A stretch of 54,315 nucleotides of DNA from Eubacteriales bacterium. Its GTDB lineage: Bacteria; Bacillota; Clostridia; Oscillospirales; CAG-272. Numbering within the stretch: the first letter of the stretch is position 1; the number at the start of each line of letters is the position of its first letter. The notes under the pieces were generated by a model, which was given only the letters and a program-made list of their open reading frames with translations, did not search any database and had not been told where the DNA came from. Position numbers and translations under genes: made by a program. This document shows, piece after piece, positions 26,491-35,216 of this stretch. The DNA is taken from the NCBI GenBank assembly GCA_045597265.1, contig JAZODX010000152.1, positions 1-54,315 of the forward strand, given 5' to 3'.

Positions 26491-26758
26491 AAGGCGACAA
26501 AGGAAGGTCTTTGTCGCCATACGATACGGTGCGACCGCATCTTTCCCCCACAGGGATACCGAGCAATTTCGCCGGGGACGGCGGTCCCTGCGATACGGCT
26601 CGTGTATCCTCCGCAGGGGCGATGCTGCGCCGCCCGCTCCAAACGCATTTCGCCGCACGGAAGCGGATGCGCGTATACCAAAACCCTTCAGTCGCCTTCC
26701 GCGGCCCGTCGCCGCAGCAAGGTATGATCAGAATCTTTTTTTCACAAAGGGGATCTCT
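26491..26758 (+). promoter_or_regulatory. Long GC-rich structured 5' leader of dxs (class unknown)
   Basis: There are about 268 nt between the predicted transcription start and the dxs ATG. Structures include a 10-bp hairpin GGCGACAAAG/CTTTGTCGCC (26492-26518) and a nested stem GGATAC-CGAGC...GGGGAC-GGCG-GTCCC...GCTCG-T-GTATCC. A T7 run lies at about 26738-26744. Confidence 0.4.
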
Positions 26759-28630
26759 ATGTCCTATCCGATTCTCGATACCATTTTCTCCCCCGACGAT
26801 CTCAAGGCACTTCCGGCTGAGCAGCTGGATGCGCTGGCAGAGGAGATCCGGGCGTATCTGATTCGCGAGGTCACCGCGCACGGCGGGCACCTTGCCTCCA
26901 ATCTCGGCGTGGTTGAGCTGACGCTTGCTCTGCACCGCGTTTTCTCCACCCCACACGATCATATTATCTTTGACGTCGGCCATCAATGCTACGTACATAA
27001 GCTGCTGACCGGACGCCGCGACCGTTTTCCCACTCTGCGCCAGGGGGGGGGCCTTTCGGGCTTTACCTGCCGTGCGGAGAGCGAGCACGACTGCTTCGGC
27101 GCGGGTCACGCCTCCACCTCGGTTTCGGCTGCACTCGGCTTTGCCCGTGCCGACCGCCTGCGCGGCTCGGACGCTTATTCTATCGCGGTCGTCGGGGACG
27201 GCGCATTTACCGGCGGCATGATTCACGAAGCGCTTAACAACTGTGCAAAGGATTTGCGGCTGATCATTATCCTCAACGAAAACGAGATGTCCATCTCGAA
27301 AAACACCGGCCGCTTTGCGAAAAATCTCGCCCGCCTGCGCACCTCGTCAGGCTATATCCGCACGAAGCAGGCCACGCGAACCTTCGTCTCGCGGATTCCG
27401 CTCGTGGGTAAGCCATTATTCCGCGCTATCCGCGACGCCAAGCAGACGGTCAAGAATATGGTCTACGGCAGTAATTATTTTGAGGATCTCGGGCTCTATT
27501 ACCTCGGTCCCGTGGACGGTCACGACTGCGAAGCAATGGAGACTCTGCTTCGCGAAGCGGTGGCGGCAGGGCAGAGCACCATCATTCACGTCAAAACGCA
27601 GAAGGGGCGGGGTTACGCCCCTGCCGAAGCGGCGCCCGGCACCTATCACGCCGTTCCGCCCGCCGAGAAAAAGCCTGCCGATACCAACTTTTCGGCAGAA
27701 TTCGGCCGCGCGCTGACCGCGCTTGCTGCCGCAGATGACCGCATCTGTGCCATCACTGCCGCCATGAGCGACGGAACGGGGCTTGAGCCCTTCCGCGCGG
27801 CACATCCGGACCGCTTCTTCGACGTTGGCATTGCCGAGGAGCACGCGGTCACCTTTGCCGCAGGGCTGGCCGCCGAGGGAATGCGTCCGGTCTGCGCCAT
27901 CTACTCTACCTTTCTTCAGCGTGCCTACGACTGCGTGATTCACGACGTTGCGCTCCAGCAGCTGCCGGTCGTTTTCTGTGTTGACCGTGCGGGGCTGAAC
28001 GCGGGGGACGGCGCGACCCATCACGGAATTTACGACGTGGCCTTCCTCGGACAGATTCCGGGAATGACAATCTATACCCCCGCCACCTTCGGTGGTCTGC
28101 GTGCTTCACTCAAGGCTGCGCTTGCCGCAGACGGCCCTTCTGCCGTTCGCTATCCGAATGCAGGTGAGTCGCAGGCCGTGTTGGACGCCTTCTACGGCGG
28201 CGTATCGGCCGAGCTCCCTCCCTCCGTGCGGACGAATTACACCGATCCGGAAGATCCGGACGTCGTGATCGTCACCCACGGACGCATGGCGGACGAGGCA
28301 CTTGCCGCGGCCGATCAGCTGGCCGCACGCAGTATCCGATGCGGTGTGATCCTGCTTGAGATCATCAAGCCCTTTGCCGATGCGGCAAATCGGATTGCAC
28401 GGCATCTGCCCGCGAAGCCAGCAGCGGTTATCTTCCTTGAGGAAGAAATCCGCGCAGGCGGCATGGGCATGATGCTCTCCGACGCGCTGTGCAGGCATCC
28501 GATCATGGCAAACAAGCGTGTTCGTATTCTTGGCGCCCCCGATCATTTCGTGCACGGCGCGTCGGGAGCCTCCATCCGCGCGGCGGCTGGGGTGGACTGC
28601 GCCGCCGTCATTCGTGCGGCAACCGAATAA
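26759..28630 (+). CDS. dxs: 1-deoxy-D-xylulose-5-phosphate synthase
   Basis: 623 aa with a canonical Dxs N-terminus (LDTIFSPDDLKALP, GGHLASNLGVVELT). Confidence 0.95.
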   Translation: MSYPILDTIFSPDDLKALPAEQLDALAEEIRAYLIREVTAHGGHLASNLGVVELTLALHRVFSTPHDHIIFDVGHQCYVHKLLTGRRDRFPTLRQGGGLSGFTCRAESEHDCFGAGHASTSVSAALGFARADRLRGSDAYSIAVVGDGAFTGGMIHEALNNCAKDLRLIIILNENEMSISKNTGRFAKNLARLRTSSGYIRTKQATRTFVSRIPLVGKPLFRAIRDAKQTVKNMVYGSNYFEDLGLYYLGPVDGHDCEAMETLLREAVAAGQSTIIHVKTQKGRGYAPAEAAPGTYHAVPPAEKKPADTNFSAEFGRALTALAAADDRICAITAAMSDGTGLEPFRAAHPDRFFDVGIAEEHAVTFAAGLAAEGMRPVCAIYSTFLQRAYDCVIHDVALQQLPVVFCVDRAGLNAGDGATHHGIYDVAFLGQIPGMTIYTPATFGGLRASLKAALAADGPSAVRYPNAGESQAVLDAFYGGVSAELPPSVRTNYTDPEDPDVVIVTHGRMADEALAAADQLAARSIRCGVILLEIIKPFADAANRIARHLPAKPAAVIFLEEEIRAGGMGMMLSDALCRHPIMANKRVRILGAPDHFVHGASGASIRAAAGVDCAAVIRAATE

Positions 28631-28635
28631 ATCCG

Positions 28636-28678
28636 ACTCCCCGATCCTTCTCCGCATATGGCTCGGGGAGTGCTTTTT
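28636..28678 (+). terminator. Terminator of dxs
   Basis: ACTCCCCGA...TCGGGGAGT followed by GCTTTTT. Confidence 0.65.
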
Positions 28679-28800
28679 CCCAATTTTGTGGGCAAAATCA
28701 GCCTCCGCAACCGTCGGTTGCGCAATTTCAAGCCGGACTTGGTGGTGTTTTCCCGCCCCGGCCGTTATACTGTGGGTATCAACCACAGGAGGGATAATCA

Positions 28801-29511
28801 ATGAAACTTAACGAAAAAATTCAACTTTGCCGCCGTCGCGGCGGCTTGTCGCAGGAGGAGCTGGCTGAGCGCGTCGGCGTGTCGAGACAGGCCGTTTCCA
28901 AATGGGAATGCGGGGACGCTGTTCCGGAGCCTGCCAAGCTTCTTCTCCTCTCGCGCACCTTCGGTGTAACGGCCGATTGGCTGCTTGACGACGCCCTGGG
29001 GGAGGAGAGGCAGACAAGCGAGCCGACCGTGCAGGCACCGCCGCGCAGGACGTGGTTGGACGAGCTTCCGGGAGCAATCGGGCGCTTCGTTCGCCGCTGG
29101 GGGTGGCTGGCGGGTATCTATCTGCTCGTCATTGGATTGCTCTTCTGCGGGCTCGGCGGAATCGGCCGTCTGCTGTTCGGCGGGATGAGTGCGGCAGTGG
29201 AATCGGTGACGAGCGAGCTTGACCCCTTTGGCGGGCTCGGCTTTTCGGAGGAAATCATCATTCTGGACGAGAATGGGAACGTAGTGGACGATCTGCCTGA
29301 CGAGGTGATCGGGCAGATTGCAGGGAGCATCGGCGAAAACAATTCTCCCTTCCCCGAAATGCCCGATCTCGGCGCGCCGATGCGCGGGATTTCTTCGGTT
29401 GCCATGATCGTTCCGAACGCGATTCTCGTGCTCGGCATATTCATGGTCATCGGCGGGGGGGCGCTTGCCCTGATTCTCTTCCGTATGAGGCAGGGACGGC
29501 GGGGCGACTGA
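28801..29511 (+). CDS. XRE-family HTH protein with C-terminal transmembrane segments
   Basis: The N-terminus is LSQEELAERVGVSRQAVSKWE. Two or three hydrophobic helices lie in the C-terminal half. Confidence 0.8.
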   Translation: MKLNEKIQLCRRRGGLSQEELAERVGVSRQAVSKWECGDAVPEPAKLLLLSRTFGVTADWLLDDALGEERQTSEPTVQAPPRRTWLDELPGAIGRFVRRWGWLAGIYLLVIGLLFCGLGGIGRLLFGGMSAAVESVTSELDPFGGLGFSEEIIILDENGNVVDDLPDEVIGQIAGSIGENNSPFPEMPDLGAPMRGISSVAMIVPNAILVLGIFMVIGGGALALILFRMRQGRRGD

Positions 29512-29553
29512 TTCGGCGCGGCTGCGTGTGCACACCTACCGCCTTTTCCGCTC

Positions 29554-29582
29554 TTGCAAATTGGAGAAAAGCGTGATATAAT
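29554..29582 (+). promoter_or_regulatory. Promoter of trkA-trkH
   Basis: TTGCAA-17-TATAAT. Confidence 0.6.
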
Positions 29583-29618
29583 AGTGATATATTTCAATCG
29601 GACGAAAAGGAGCATGGC

Positions 29619-30983
29619 ATGAAGATCATTATTGTCGGCTGCGGCAAAATCGGAACGACGATCGTCGCAAGCCTCGTATGTGAAGGACTCGACGTCGTTG
29701 CCGTTGATAACAACGCTGCGACGGTTGAGGAGCTGACCAATCTCTACGACGTCATGGCCGTCTGCGGGAACGGGGCGGATAACGACACCCTCGCCGAAGC
29801 CGGCGTGGGAGATTGCGATCTTTTCGTCGCGGTCAGCGGCTCGGACGAGACGAATATGCTCTCCTGCTTCCTTGCCCGCCGTATGGGGGCAAAGCAGACC
29901 ATCGCCCGTATCCGCAATCCCGAATATAACGACAGAAGCCTTGGCTATCTTTGCCAGCAGCTGGAGCTTTCGCTGGCCGTCAATCCCGATCTGCTTGCCG
30001 CGCACGAGCTGCACAATATTCTCAAGCTTCCTTCTGCCGTTCGGATCGAGGCTTTCTCCGGACGGAGCTTTGAGCTGGTCGAGCTGATTCTCAAGCCAGA
30101 CTCTCCCCTTGACGGCATGTCCCTGATGGATATCCGCCGCCGCTATGCGGGAGCCAAGTTCCTCGTCTGCGCCGTTCGGCGCGGGGACGAGGTGGTGATT
30201 CCGTCGGGCGGATTCGTTCTGCGCGCCGGTGACAGAATTGCCATGACCGCCGCACCGAACGAGATCGTTAAGCTGCTTCGTCAGCTTGGCCTGATGCAGA
30301 AATCGGCAAAGAGCGTCATGATTCTCGGCGGCTCGCGCATGGCTTATTATCTGGCTCGCGCCCTGCTTGCGGGCGGAAGCGCGGTCACGCTGATCGAGAA
30401 AAACCGCGAGCGCTGTGAGGAGCTTTGCGCGGCCCTGCCGGGGGCGGTCGTCATTCACGGTGACGGTGCGCGTCAGGAGGTCCTGCTTGAGGAGGGACTC
30501 GGCTCGGTGGACGCCTTCGTCGCGTTGACCGGCTCGGATGAAGAAAATATCCTGGTTTCGATTTACGCCGGTCAGCGGAAGGTTCCAAAGGTTATCGCAA
30601 AGGTTAACCGAAGCGAGCACGCGGCAATGGCCGATAAGCTCGGCCTTGACTGCATTATTTCGCCCCGCACGACGATTTCGAACGTACTGACCAGTTACGC
30701 CCGTGCACTCTCCAACTCTGCGGGCAGTAAGGTGGAAACGCTGTATAAAATTATGGATGACCGCGCAGAGGCGCTGGAGTTCAAGGTTACCGCCGACTTC
30801 CCCTATTCGGGGAAGCCGCTCAAGGAGCTGCGTCCGGCGTCGGGCATTCTGATTGCCGGAATCATTCGCGGCAGAAAGACCATTATTCCCTCGGGTGATG
30901 ACGTGATTCAGCCCGGCGACCGTGTAATCGTTCTCTCTGCTGAGCACAGGCTGCAGGATCTGTCGGATATTGTGAAGGCGTGA
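29619..30983 (+). CDS. trkA: Trk potassium uptake system protein TrkA (tandem RCK)
   Basis: 454 aa, with the N-terminus MKIIIVGCGKIG and a second Rossmann motif at ILGGSRMAYY. Confidence 0.9.
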   Translation: MKIIIVGCGKIGTTIVASLVCEGLDVVAVDNNAATVEELTNLYDVMAVCGNGADNDTLAEAGVGDCDLFVAVSGSDETNMLSCFLARRMGAKQTIARIRNPEYNDRSLGYLCQQLELSLAVNPDLLAAHELHNILKLPSAVRIEAFSGRSFELVELILKPDSPLDGMSLMDIRRRYAGAKFLVCAVRRGDEVVIPSGGFVLRAGDRIAMTAAPNEIVKLLRQLGLMQKSAKSVMILGGSRMAYYLARALLAGGSAVTLIEKNRERCEELCAALPGAVVIHGDGARQEVLLEEGLGSVDAFVALTGSDEENILVSIYAGQRKVPKVIAKVNRSEHAAMADKLGLDCIISPRTTISNVLTSYARALSNSAGSKVETLYKIMDDRAEALEFKVTADFPYSGKPLKELRPASGILIAGIIRGRKTIIPSGDDVIQPGDRVIVLSAEHRLQDLSDIVKA

Positions 30984-31026
30984 GAAACGCGTTTGATCAC
31001 ATCCTTTCGAAAGGAAAAAACACACC

Positions 31027-32469
31027 ATGAATCGACGAATGGTTATCCAAACGGTCGGGCGCATTGCGCAGGCCGAAGCGGCGCTGATGCTGCTGCCCGC
31101 CGTTGTTTCTCTCTGCTATCTTGAACGATGCGGCTGGAGCTTTCTTGCCTCGATTGCAATTTGTCTTGCGATCGGTTTCCTGATGACGAAATTTGCCCGA
31201 CCGCACACCGATCTGATCTATGCGCGCGAGGGCTTTGCCATCGTTGCACTGGGGTGGTTGCTCACCTCGGCGCTCGGTGCACTCCCCTTTTTTCTCTCCC
31301 GTGAGATTCCCGCGTATGCGGACGCCTTTTTTGAGACGGTCAGCGGCTTTACCACGACGGGTGCTTCAATTCTGACCGATGTGGAAGCGATGAGCCACGG
31401 ACTGCTGTTCTGGCGCAGCTTCACCCATTGGGTGGGCGGTATGGGCGTGCTTGTGTTCGTGATGGCTCTCCTGCCCAGCATCTCCGACCGCTCGATTCAT
31501 ATCGTGCGTGCCGAAATGCCCGGGCCCATCGTGGGCAAGCTGGTTCCGCGCGTCCGGGACACAGCAAAGATTCTCTACGTCATTTATATCGCGATGACGC
31601 TTCTGCAAATTGCCTTCCTGCTTGCGGGAGGAATGCCCTTTTTTGACAGTGTTCTGCACGCGTTCGGTACGGCAGGCACGGGCGGATTTGGCGTCAAGGC
31701 AGACAGTATCGCCGGCTACAGTCCCTATCTGCAATGGGTCATTGCCGTTTTTATGCTGATTTTCGGCGTGAATTTCAATCTTTATTATCTTCTCCTCATG
31801 CGCCGCTTCCGCCTGGCCCTCCGCTCGGGTGAGCTCTGGTGCTATCTGGCCGTCGTCGCGGTCTCCTCGACCCTGATTTTCGTGAATATTCTCCCGTCCT
31901 GCGCGGGCGTTGCCGAGGCACTTCGTCTCGCCGTCTTCCAGGTCTCCTCCATCATCACCACCACCGGCTTCACCACCGCCGACTTCAATCTCTGGCCGGG
32001 CTTCTCCCGAGCCATTCTGCTTCTGCTCATGTTCGTGGGCGGGTGTGCGGGTTCAACGGCGGGTGGACTCAAAATGTCCCGTGCCGTCATGCTCTTCAAG
32101 ATGATCGGCCGTGAATTCCGCCGTCTTCTGCATCCCCGTTCGGTAACCGCCGTTCGGTTTGAGGGCAAGCAGGTTGACGAGCAGACGCTCGGCAGTGTCA
32201 GCACCTATTTCTCGATCTATATCGTCTGTATCCTCGCCGTTTTCCTCCTGCTCACCCTTGAGCCCTTCGACTTTGAAACGAATTTCTCGGCGGCCGTGAC
32301 CTGCTTCAATAACGTTGGCCCGGGCTTTGCCGCCGTCGGCCCTACCGGCAGCTTTGCTGCCTATTCCGCACTCTCCAAATATATTCTTTCCTTCGCCATG
32401 CTTCTCGGCCGACTGGAGATCTTCCCCCTCATCCTGATCTTCTCGCCGGGAATCTGGACGAAGAGATGA
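31027..32469 (+). CDS. trkH: TrkH family potassium transporter
   Basis: 480 aa, polytopic, with TrkH motifs (SGFTTTGAS, TGGFG, CAGSTAGGLK). Confidence 0.9.
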   Translation: MNRRMVIQTVGRIAQAEAALMLLPAVVSLCYLERCGWSFLASIAICLAIGFLMTKFARPHTDLIYAREGFAIVALGWLLTSALGALPFFLSREIPAYADAFFETVSGFTTTGASILTDVEAMSHGLLFWRSFTHWVGGMGVLVFVMALLPSISDRSIHIVRAEMPGPIVGKLVPRVRDTAKILYVIYIAMTLLQIAFLLAGGMPFFDSVLHAFGTAGTGGFGVKADSIAGYSPYLQWVIAVFMLIFGVNFNLYYLLLMRRFRLALRSGELWCYLAVVAVSSTLIFVNILPSCAGVAEALRLAVFQVSSIITTTGFTTADFNLWPGFSRAILLLLMFVGGCAGSTAGGLKMSRAVMLFKMIGREFRRLLHPRSVTAVRFEGKQVDEQTLGSVSTYFSIYIVCILAVFLLLTLEPFDFETNFSAAVTCFNNVGPGFAAVGPTGSFAAYSALSKYILSFAMLLGRLEIFPLILIFSPGIWTKR

Positions 32470-32492
32470 CGATTTTATTTCTTCTATGCAAT

Positions 32493-32536
32493 GGAAAAGG
32501 CACTTACGGAAAGCAATTTCCGTAAGTGCCTTTTCC
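32493..32536. terminator. Bidirectional terminator with a 20-bp perfect stem
   Basis: GGAAAAGGCACTTACGGAAA-GCAA-TTTCCGTAAGTGCCTTTTCC, located between convergent genes. Confidence 0.85.
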
Positions 32537-32576
32537 GTTTTCCTGCCGTCCTCGGACGGAGCGGTGCTTTACTCTT

Positions 32577-34505
32577 TTATCTCGGTCTTCCGCCGCCCAT
32601 ACCACCCATACCACCCATACCACCCATACCGGTTGTCTTACCGTAGAGGAGGGAAGAGAGGGTGATTTCGGTGCTGCTTTGACCGACGGTCAGGGTATAC
32701 GTGCCGCCTTCGGTCAGCGCGGGGCAGGAAAGGAGAACCGAGGAGAGGGCCTTGGGCGAGGTCCAGGCAAAGAGGGTGCTGCCCGACGCATCGGTGAGGG
32801 TGATTGCCGTGCCGGCCGATTGATTGGGGGTGGTCAGATAAATTGCCCCCTGTCCCTCGGCGGCGCTGAAGCTTTGCGCCATTTGGGAAGAGCCGACAGC
32901 GATGAAGATGCCGCCCGTGATTTTGGCCGAGCTCGTATAGTCGAGCGGACCGTTGCCGCCGTTGGTGGGCCCGGCAACGTACGTCTCACCGCCCGTCACC
33001 TCGAGCGCGCCGTTCGAATCAATGCCGTCGCCGCCGGCGTCAACGACCAGCTTGCCGCCGCTGATGCGGATAAACATTTGTCCCTCCGTCGAGGCGGCAA
33101 AGCCGTCACCGCCGGGTGCTCCGTCGGGAATTTCTCCCTCACTCGGCATACCGCCCATGCCGTCGGGTGGTATATCCCCGGGCCTGCCGCCGCCCATGCC
33201 GCCGCGTCCGCCGCCACCGCCGAAGAAGCCGCCGAAGCCGCTTCCGTCGGCACCGCCGGCGGCGTTGAGACCGTCATCCGATGCCTTGAGGGTGGTTGCG
33301 CCGCCCGCCACGGTGATCGAGCGTCCCTCGATGCCTTCGTAGCTTGCGGTGATCTCAACCGTTCCGTCCGCAATCAGGGTATCGGCGTCGGCGTGGATGC
33401 CGTCGTCTCCGGCGGCAAGGGTGAAGGTACCACCCCGCAGGGTCAGGTTTGCATTGCTATGGAGGGCGTCGTCTGCCGAATCGATAACGAACGTTCCGCC
33501 CGTAATCAGAAGATCTCCTGCGGCCTTAATGCCCTTGGCGCTGGTTTCGTCGGTGCCCGAGGTCGAGGATGAGGGCATACCGCCCATGCCGCTGCGGCCG
33601 CCGAAATTCCATCCCCAACCGCCCATCTCATTCTGCGTGACGGCGGTATGGCCGCCGCCCGCAGTCAGATTGAAGCTGCCGCCCGCAATCTCCAGTGCGC
33701 CGCCTGCGCTGATGCCGTCCCCGTCTGCCACGACGGTGACAGCGCCGCTGTCAGCATAGAAGAAGCCGAGGGTGCTGTCCTCGTCGTTCTCGGCCTTGAT
33801 CCCGTCCTTGCCGGCGGTGACGGTCAGCGCCGCTTTGGTCAGACGAACGCTGTCGTTGGCGGAAAAGCCGTGTGCGGCAGCGTTTACCACGTAGCTGCCC
33901 CCTGCGATCACGAGATCGTCCTTGGCCGCCACGCCGTGTCCGGCGGGGGAGATCAGGGTCAGCCGTCCCGTTCCGTTGAGGGTGAGATCATCCTTGGAGA
34001 AGAGGGCGGCGTCGACGTTGTTTTCGTCAATGGTGCTGAAGGAGCCGCCGTTCTCAAGGCGGTTCTCGCTCCCCTCGGTCAGGGTTACGAACACCTTGTC
34101 GGCCTGCCGTACGTAGAGGGCGGCAAAGGTGGGGGCGGTGATTGATGCACCGTCGAGTACGAGCTGTATCTTGTCGGTTTTCTCAGCGTCCACGATCACC
34201 GTGCCCGTGAGACTGCCGCGAAGCAGATAGGTGCCCTCGTCGGTGATTGTGAGCGTGCCGCCCTCGATTCTGACCGACTCGGCCGTGCAGGCGGCCGTCT
34301 CCCCCGAGAGGGTGACCGTAACGGCGTCGGCCGTGCTGTAGTCTCCTCGCAGATCGCGGTCGGTGAAGAGCTCGGAGGTGTCAATCGCTGCGGCCGTCCC
34401 GGGGGAGAGGGCCGCCGTATCGTCCCGCACGGGGTCGGAGGGCGTGCCGCCGCATCCGACGAGGAGCAGGGCGGCAGAGAAAAGTGCGATCAATTTTGTT
34501 TTCAC
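32577..34505 (-). CDS. Cthe_2159-family carbohydrate-binding beta-helix lipoprotein with Gly/Met-rich linker and tail
   Basis: A GTG start lies 6 nt after GGAGGA. The lipobox is LLLVGCGG. Repeated DGI-type beta-helix rungs are present (DGIKAEND, DGISAGG, DGIHADAD, YEGIEG, DDGLNAAGG), and the C-terminus is GMGGMGGMGGMGGGRPR. Confidence 0.75.
   Translation of the reverse strand: MKTKLIALFSAALLLVGCGGTPSDPVRDDTAALSPGTAAAIDTSELFTDRDLRGDYSTADAVTVTLSGETAACTAESVRIEGGTLTITDEGTYLLRGSLTGTVIVDAEKTDKIQLVLDGASITAPTFAALYVRQADKVFVTLTEGSENRLENGGSFSTIDENNVDAALFSKDDLTLNGTGRLTLISPAGHGVAAKDDLVIAGGSYVVNAAAHGFSANDSVRLTKAALTVTAGKDGIKAENDEDSTLGFFYADSGAVTVVADGDGISAGGALEIAGGSFNLTAGGGHTAVTQNEMGGWGWNFGGRSGMGGMPSSSTSGTDETSAKGIKAAGDLLITGGTFVIDSADDALHSNANLTLRGGTFTLAAGDDGIHADADTLIADGTVEITASYEGIEGRSITVAGGATTLKASDDGLNAAGGADGSGFGGFFGGGGGRGGMGGGRPGDIPPDGMGGMPSEGEIPDGAPGGDGFAASTEGQMFIRISGGKLVVDAGGDGIDSNGALEVTGGETYVAGPTNGGNGPLDYTSSAKITGGIFIAVGSSQMAQSFSAAEGQGAIYLTTPNQSAGTAITLTDASGSTLFAWTSPKALSSVLLSCPALTEGGTYTLTVGQSSTEITLSSLLYGKTTGMGGMGGMGGMGGGRPR
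32596..32630 (-). repeat. 9-nt tandem repeat, about 3.9 copies of CCCATACCA on the plus strand
   Basis: It encodes the (GMG)n C-terminal tail of the lipoprotein. Changes in unit number would stay in frame. Confidence 0.9.
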
Positions 34506-34523
34506 GGTGATTCCTCCGGGAAT

Positions 34524-35216
34524 TTAGAGTTCGGCGCGCGTCTCCTGACGGGAGATGCTGATTTCCAGATTGCCGTTGCGGCAGCGAAGCTTGTCGATGA
34601 GCTCCTTCTCACTGACCGTATCGCGAAGCGTCACGTCGTAGGTCAGGCGGAAGAGACTGCCCAGATTGGTCGTTTTGACCGAGACGAGCTCGTACGAGAG
34701 GGTGTAGGCGGCGAAGAGATCGTCAAATACACCCGTATAGTCGAGATCCTCGGGGATGGTGATGCGCATGGTTTTATGGAGCGCGGCCCGTCTGCCCGCG
34801 CCAAAATCAATTCGCACGTAAAGCATGGAAATGCCGCCGAGCAGGATGGCGAAGAGCATGGCGTAGCCGATGTAGCCCATGCCGGTGATCAGTCCAGTGC
34901 CCATCGCGAGGAAGATCGCGCCGATCTCCCGCGCCGAGCCGGGTGCGGATCGGAAACGGACCAGACTGAACGCGCCCGCCACCGCCACGCCGGCGCCCAC
35001 GTTGCCGTTGACCATCATGATGACCACGCAGACGACGGCGGGGAGCAGGGCGAGGGTGGCGGAAAAGCTTTTTGAGGTTCTCGTCCGATAGGTATACATG
35101 AGGGCGAGAATCACGCCCGCAAGGAGCGCACTGCCCACGCAGAGAAGAAAATCGGGGAGTGAGATCACGGTTGTGAATTCGGTGTCAAAGATACCGCGGA
35201 AAAGGCGGTCAAGCAT
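34524..35216 (-). CDS. DUF4956 domain membrane protein
   Basis: Family-typical motifs are present (MMVNGNVGAGVAVAGAFSLVRFRSAPGSAREI). Its start overlaps the stop of the VTC gene by 8 nt. Confidence 0.8.
   Translation of the reverse strand: MLDRLFRGIFDTEFTTVISLPDFLLCVGSALLAGVILALMYTYRTRTSKSFSATLALLPAVVCVVIMMVNGNVGAGVAVAGAFSLVRFRSAPGSAREIGAIFLAMGTGLITGMGYIGYAMLFAILLGGISMLYVRIDFGAGRRAALHKTMRITIPEDLDYTGVFDDLFAAYTLSYELVSVKTTNLGSLFRLTYDVTLRDTVSEKELIDKLRCRNGNLEISISRQETRAEL

Noticed and set aside
29512-29618. c-di-AMP (ydaO/kimA-type) riboswitch in front of trkA
   Set aside because: The TTGCAA-17-TATAAT promoter ends only about 36 nt before the ATG, which leaves no room for a riboswitch aptamer.
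29118-31064. 648-aa minus-strand ORF covering trkA
   Set aside because: It is antisense to a canonical TrkA gene. It is a GC-rich reverse-frame artefact with no ribosome-binding site or motifs.
32526-33572. 348-aa plus-strand ORF with a THTTHTTHT repeat, and other overlapping ORFs in 32577-34505
   Set aside because: The repeat is only the opposite-strand reading of the 9-nt tandem repeat. The minus-strand lipoprotein has a ribosome-binding site, a lipobox and family motifs, whereas the plus-strand ORFs have none of these.
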